From NCBI GenBank assembly GCA_026989495.1, contig JALSJE010000073.1, positions 1 to 61,591 on the forward strand: DNA of 61,591 nt, written 5' to 3'. Below are positions 59,091-61,591 of this stretch, piece by piece. Each line of letters opens with the position of its first letter. The stretch's first letter is position 1. The notes beneath the pieces were generated by a model, which saw only the letters and a list, made by a program, of their open reading frames with translations, was not told the origin of the DNA and ran no database searches. Both the position numbers and the translations under genes were made by a program. The DNA comes from Gammaproteobacteria bacterium. GTDB lineage: Bacteria > Pseudomonadota > Gammaproteobacteria > S144-34.

Positions 59091-59849
59091 ATGCCCCGGC
59101 CCACGCGAGCCACCGCGAGCGGAGACGCCGGCACCACGCTGCGTTGCCGGCGCTGCTGCTTCGGCCCCCTGTGCCTGCCGGGCGGTGTCCAGCCCGCCGA
59201 GGTCGCGCTGCTGGACGGCGTGGTGGAGGCGCGACGCACCCTCGCCGCAGGCGAGGTCCTGGTGCAGGCGGATGCCCCTTTCCGCGCCCTCTACGCCGTG
59301 CGCTCCGGCTCGCTCAAGTCGCAGGTCCGCTGCGGCGAGCGCGTCCAGGTGCTGGCGTTCCATTTTCCGGGCGAGCTCGCCGGGTGGGATGGCATCGGCC
59401 ATGGGCGCCACCGCGTCGAGGTGGTGGCCCTGGAGCCGTCCTCGGTGTGCTTGATCCGCTATCACCGCCTGATGGGGCTCGCCGACCGCATCCCGCGCCT
59501 CTACCGCCGCCTTCTGGCGCTGATGGCGGGCGCCACACAGTGCGACTGGACCGTGGCCGTGGCCGGGCCGGGTGGTGACGCCGAGCAGCGCGTGCTCGCT
59601 TTCCTGCTCAACCTGGCCGAGCGCCGGCTGGCGGCGGGGCTCGCGGTGGACGAGGTGCGCCTCGGCATGTCGCGCGACGACATCGCCAGCTACCTCGGCC
59701 TGGCCCCGGAGACGGTCAGCCGCGCCATGGTGCGCGTGAGCCGCAGCGGTCTGGTGCGCATCCACCGCCGGCGGGTGCGCTTCGGCGACCTCGAAGCTCT
59801 GCGCGCCGCCGTCCTCTCCGGGTGCCCGGAGCTCGCCGCCGCCGAATGA
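59091..59849 (+). CDS. Fnr-family regulator 1
   Basis: CRRCCFGPLC, SVC, FHFPGEL.G.DG, MSR.DIASYLGL..ETVSR. Confidence 0.9.
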   Translation: MPRPTRATASGDAGTTLRCRRCCFGPLCLPGGVQPAEVALLDGVVEARRTLAAGEVLVQADAPFRALYAVRSGSLKSQVRCGERVQVLAFHFPGELAGWDGIGHGRHRVEVVALEPSSVCLIRYHRLMGLADRIPRLYRRLLALMAGATQCDWTVAVAGPGGDAEQRVLAFLLNLAERRLAAGLAVDEVRLGMSRDDIASYLGLAPETVSRAMVRVSRSGLVRIHRRRVRFGDLEALRAAVLSGCPELAAAE

Positions 59850-60160
59850 CGGCGGTGGGAGGGTGGACAAGGCCCTATGCCGGCGATGGCCGTCAAGCGG
59901 TGCCCCTGGGATTTCGGCAAGGGCAAGCTGGCGTCGGGCAGATATCGCAGGACCCTGCGCTGCTTGCCGCCGCAGCCACCCGTTCTCGCGCACCCGCAGG
60001 CAGGCGCCGTTGAGCACACGTGCCTGCCAGGCACGCCCCGCCGCGCCGCGGACATCCAGTCACGCCAACATGCGACGGCCGTCTGGCAGGTAGTGCCGCT
60101 GGCAGGGCCGTTTGACCAGCCCTGAGGCGCTTCGTGTTCCATCCCGAGGTTTCGTTTATC

Positions 60161-60261
60161 TTCATGCGCAGGGAAGTGCATGACGACACGCGGATAGTCG
60201 AAATGGACCGCGAAGCTCCATTGCGCCGATTGATCCGCGCAGCGGATTGATCAGAGCTTCC
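60161..60261 (+). repeat. Dispersed multi-hairpin repeat, copy E (3' part)
   Basis: CATGCGCAGGGAAGTGCATGACGAC..TTGATCCGCGCAGCGGATTGATCAGAGCTTCC. Confidence 0.88.
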
Positions 60262-60480
60262 AATTGATCTCGGTCATTTATCCGGGTGCGGCGTGCGCCT
60301 AGGGTTGGACACGGGGCGCCGCGTCCCTACGGCCGTCTCCTCGGCGCGGACCAGCATGGCATGGCTCCTCGGAGCCGAGCCGGGGAGGGGTGTTCTGGAA
60401 GTCGGCGGCCGGCCGCGCTCCCCGCGACTGAGCGCTGCGCGTTCCCGTGTCCGCGCGGCCGGCGCAGGAGACCGCGATCC

Positions 60481-61266
60481 ATGAACGAGTCCAGCAACGT
60501 GACGCCGCTGCTGACGCCGGCCAACCGCCGGCGCTTCCCGCCCTACTGCCCGCCGGTCGAGTGCACCGCGTGCACACTGCTCGCGCTGTGCCGCATGGCG
60601 GGGCTGGGTGTGGACGAGCGGCGTCTGGCCGACACGGTGGGGCGGCGCCGGCCCGTGGCCCGCGGCGCCGAGGTGCGCCCGCGCCGGGTGCGCTCGGTGG
60701 TGGCAGTCCGCTCCGGGGCCCTCAAGAGCGAGATGCTGCGGCCCGGGGGCGAGCCCCAGATCGTGGCCTTCCACCTGCCGGGGGAGCTGGTCTCGCTGCC
60801 GGCGGCGGACGAGGCCGGCGAGCCCGAGCTGCGCACGGTGGCGCTGATGCCCTCGGAGGTGTGCGAGCTGCCGGTGCAGGAGCTCCACGGCTTCGACGCC
60901 GAGGAGTCCGCCCGTTTTCATCTGCGCCTGGCCCAGGAGGCCACAGGGGCGCTGCTGGCCGCCCAGCGGACGCTCGCCTGGACCCGCAGCGAGGGTGCCG
61001 AGGCGCGGCTTGCCGGCTTCCTCCTCGACATCGCCGCACGCTTCGCCAGCCGTGACCTGCCGGCGCAGGCCTTCCGGCTGCCCATGCCGCGGCGCGACAT
61101 CGCCAACTTCCTCGGGCTGGCGGAGGAGACGGTCTGCCGCCTGTTCCGGCGCTTCCACGGCCGCGGCTGGATCGCCGTCAGCGGCAAGCGCATCGTCATA
61201 CGCGACCCCTCCAGGCTGCGGGCGGTGGCCGCCGGCGCAGCCCCGCGCGAGGGCGACAGGGGCTGA
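60481..61266 (+). CDS. Fnr-family regulator 2
   Basis: CTACTLLALC, EVC, FHLPGEL, MPR.DIANFLGL..ETVCR. Confidence 0.88.
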   Translation: MNESSNVTPLLTPANRRRFPPYCPPVECTACTLLALCRMAGLGVDERRLADTVGRRRPVARGAEVRPRRVRSVVAVRSGALKSEMLRPGGEPQIVAFHLPGELVSLPAADEAGEPELRTVALMPSEVCELPVQELHGFDAEESARFHLRLAQEATGALLAAQRTLAWTRSEGAEARLAGFLLDIAARFASRDLPAQAFRLPMPRRDIANFLGLAEETVCRLFRRFHGRGWIAVSGKRIVIRDPSRLRAVAAGAAPREGDRG

Positions 61267-61275
61267 GGACGGGCG

Positions 61276-61591
61276 TCAGTCGCCCACCACCCGCACGGTC
61301 CCCCGCATCTCTTCATGGGGGCCGCAGCGATACGTGTAGCGTCCGGGCCGCTCGAAGCGGCGTTCGTAGCTCTCTCCGGGAAAGAAGTACTCCGGCTCGG
61401 GCTCACCCGACTCCTCGAACCAGACGCTGTGATACTGGCGCCGTTCCCGGTTGATCCAGCGGACGGTTGTTCCAGGTCTGATCACGATCTCCGCGGGCTC
61501 GAAGGCGTAACGCCGTATCTCCACGATCACGACGTCGCCGTGACCGTCACCGGCTGCCCCAGCCCACGCTGGTGTCGATGCCCATCCGAGC
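61276..61591 (-). CDS. Cupredoxin (plastocyanin/amicyanin-like), 5' end outside the window
   Basis: F.PAEI.I.PGTTV.W.N..HSV..YRCGPHEEM type-1 Cu site. Confidence 0.88.
   Translation of the reverse strand, partial: LGWASTPAWAGAAGDGHGDVVIVEIRRYAFEPAEIVIRPGTTVRWINRERRQYHSVWFEESGEPEPEYFFPGESYERRFERPGRYTYRCGPHEEMRGTVRVVGD

Overview
GC-rich (about 70%) bacterial DNA, most consistent with a chemolithoautotrophic gammaproteobacterium (inference from the gene content). In order, the window holds: (1) a nested, frameshifted IS pile (IS256, IS21 and a third IS end); (2) two back-to-back Rubisco operons, red form IC cbbLSX and a divergent green form IA cbbLS-QO, with two cbbR genes, each operon ending in a paralog of the same uncharacterised ~120-aa gene; (3) a copper/metal island of about 25 kb (cusCBA, copAB, cytochromes c, a porin, an orphan Rieske protein, YHS proteins, ECF sigma/anti-sigma, a Met-rich Spy-like protein), with four MerR-geometry promoters sharing ACCTG-N11-CAGGT and two Cys/His/Pro-rich putative leader ORFs ending in ...LLI; (4) heme A synthase and a full ccmABCDEFGHI set; (5) an FNR-box-flanked respiratory cluster. 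That cluster encodes a heme-copper oxidoreductase whose active-site Tyr is replaced by Gln (eNOR-type NO reductase), an atypical CtaA, CtaB, SCO, a cytochrome b-2x[4Fe-4S]-MvhD fusion, a conserved-looking periplasmic protein, a second degenerate subunit-I homolog, two Fnr paralogs and a cupredoxin. Five copies of a 100-160 bp multi-hairpin MITE-like repeat lie at module junctions. All calls come from reading motifs by eye; no database searches were run.
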